Below, one piece after another: positions 42,493 through 64,000 of a stretch of 64,000 nt of DNA. Every line of letters starts with the position of its first letter. The first letter of the stretch is position 1. The notes under the pieces were generated by a model. That model saw only the letters and a list, made by a program, of their open reading frames with translations. It had not been told where the DNA came from and made no database searches. The translations under genes were made by a program, and so were the position numbers. The stretch is from Chrysomallon squamiferum (Eukaryota; Animalia; Mollusca), in contig CM022670.1 of NCBI GenBank assembly GCA_012295275.1, forward strand, positions 21,142,001-21,206,000, given 5' to 3'.

Positions 42493-42869
42493 ACTTACAT
42501 ATAAAAATAAATACATACACATATAAACACAAATGCACAGCATGATGGCAGCCGCAAGTAATATAGATATTTAAACACACAGATATAAATGTAGCTATTG
42601 ACTTATTGATCACAATAAACAAATATATATTTTCTATTGTTGTTGATAAGAATGTAAATGCATTTTTATTCTCAGTTTTCTACCAAGGTCAAAGCCAGCT
42701 GTCACTGTCACGCAACTGTGAAATCTTAAATAACGTATACTCTTGATAAAGCTACGACGGCGAGTTAATAGGCGGGGGACAGATAACCAGAGAGTGTGTT
42801 AATTATGAGAGATATCGATGAAATCGTATAATCTTCTCACGTTTACTATAGCGGTGAAGACAGCAGGAT

Positions 42870-42950
42870 TACGACTTGAACCCACCGATGTCATATCCAT
42901 AGACCGGATCCACCGATAATTGGTAAAACATATTACTAAAGATTAACCAC
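42870..42950 (-). mobile_element. Decayed SINE head fragment
   Basis: CCCACCGATGTCATATCCATAGACCGGATC reads on the minus strand like the GGTCT..GGAT..ATCGGTGGG tRNA-like SINE head; highly diverged. Confidence 0.35.
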
Positions 42951-43359
42951 GTTAAGCCCGAGCTTTAGACTTTATTAGTAAGGTTTATGGTAAACGCTTA
43001 CCCATCCTTGGAGCGGTTAAAGGGTATTGCTAAATAATTACCAGTGTGAGGTACGGCTTATTGTTACAAAAGCTAATCCAGTCACTAATCAAATCCTGAT
43101 CATAGTAACTGGCAAGATATACAGAAGAGACAGAGAGAGACAATAAAGCTGATCCATTTAAACAATAAAATCTTTCTTTGTGATTGGTAAAATACTGGTA
43201 TAAGGATCCTGTATTCAACGTTAAGGCGCACCTGGTTCAGACAATATCTGAAGCCCAATATTTTAACGAAAAAAGATAACATAAATTTATTTATTTATTT
43301 TTTATTTACAGATGTTGAGTCACAATGACATAACAAGAAAACATCGCGTCACCTAGACA

Positions 43360-64000
<20,641 letters not shown>

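Overview
AT-rich, microsatellite-dense animal genomic DNA, not prokaryotic. A mollusc, probably a gastropod, is inferred from recalled SINE sequence and was not verified by search. Two protein-coding genes are supported, both on + and both cut by the window edges. (1) The single long terminal coding exon of an ankyrin-repeat/SOCS-box (ASB-family) gene at <2..1231, with a probable ~4.4 kb 3' UTR ending near 5630. (2) A 10-exon LRRC74A-like leucine-rich-repeat gene from 43360 to >64000; I assembled it by hand with GT-AG sites and consistent phases (390-392 codons in the window). The ~38 kb between them has no convincing ORF, and nearly all other ORFs in the track are microsatellite translations. 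That interval holds decayed tRNA-derived SINEs, a hAT (Buster/Charlie-type) MITE with an 8-bp TSD, a diverged ~300 bp direct duplication and several CpG-rich promoter- or enhancer-like islands; a mariner-type MITE lies in the ASB 3' UTR. The most striking unexplained structure is a 228-bp, 225/228-identical inverted repeat flanking a 3.6 kb segment (35095-39116). A sharp CpG-depletion boundary at ~5.55-5.7 kb coincides with the ASB poly(A) signal. I found no evidence of a novel multi-gene system.
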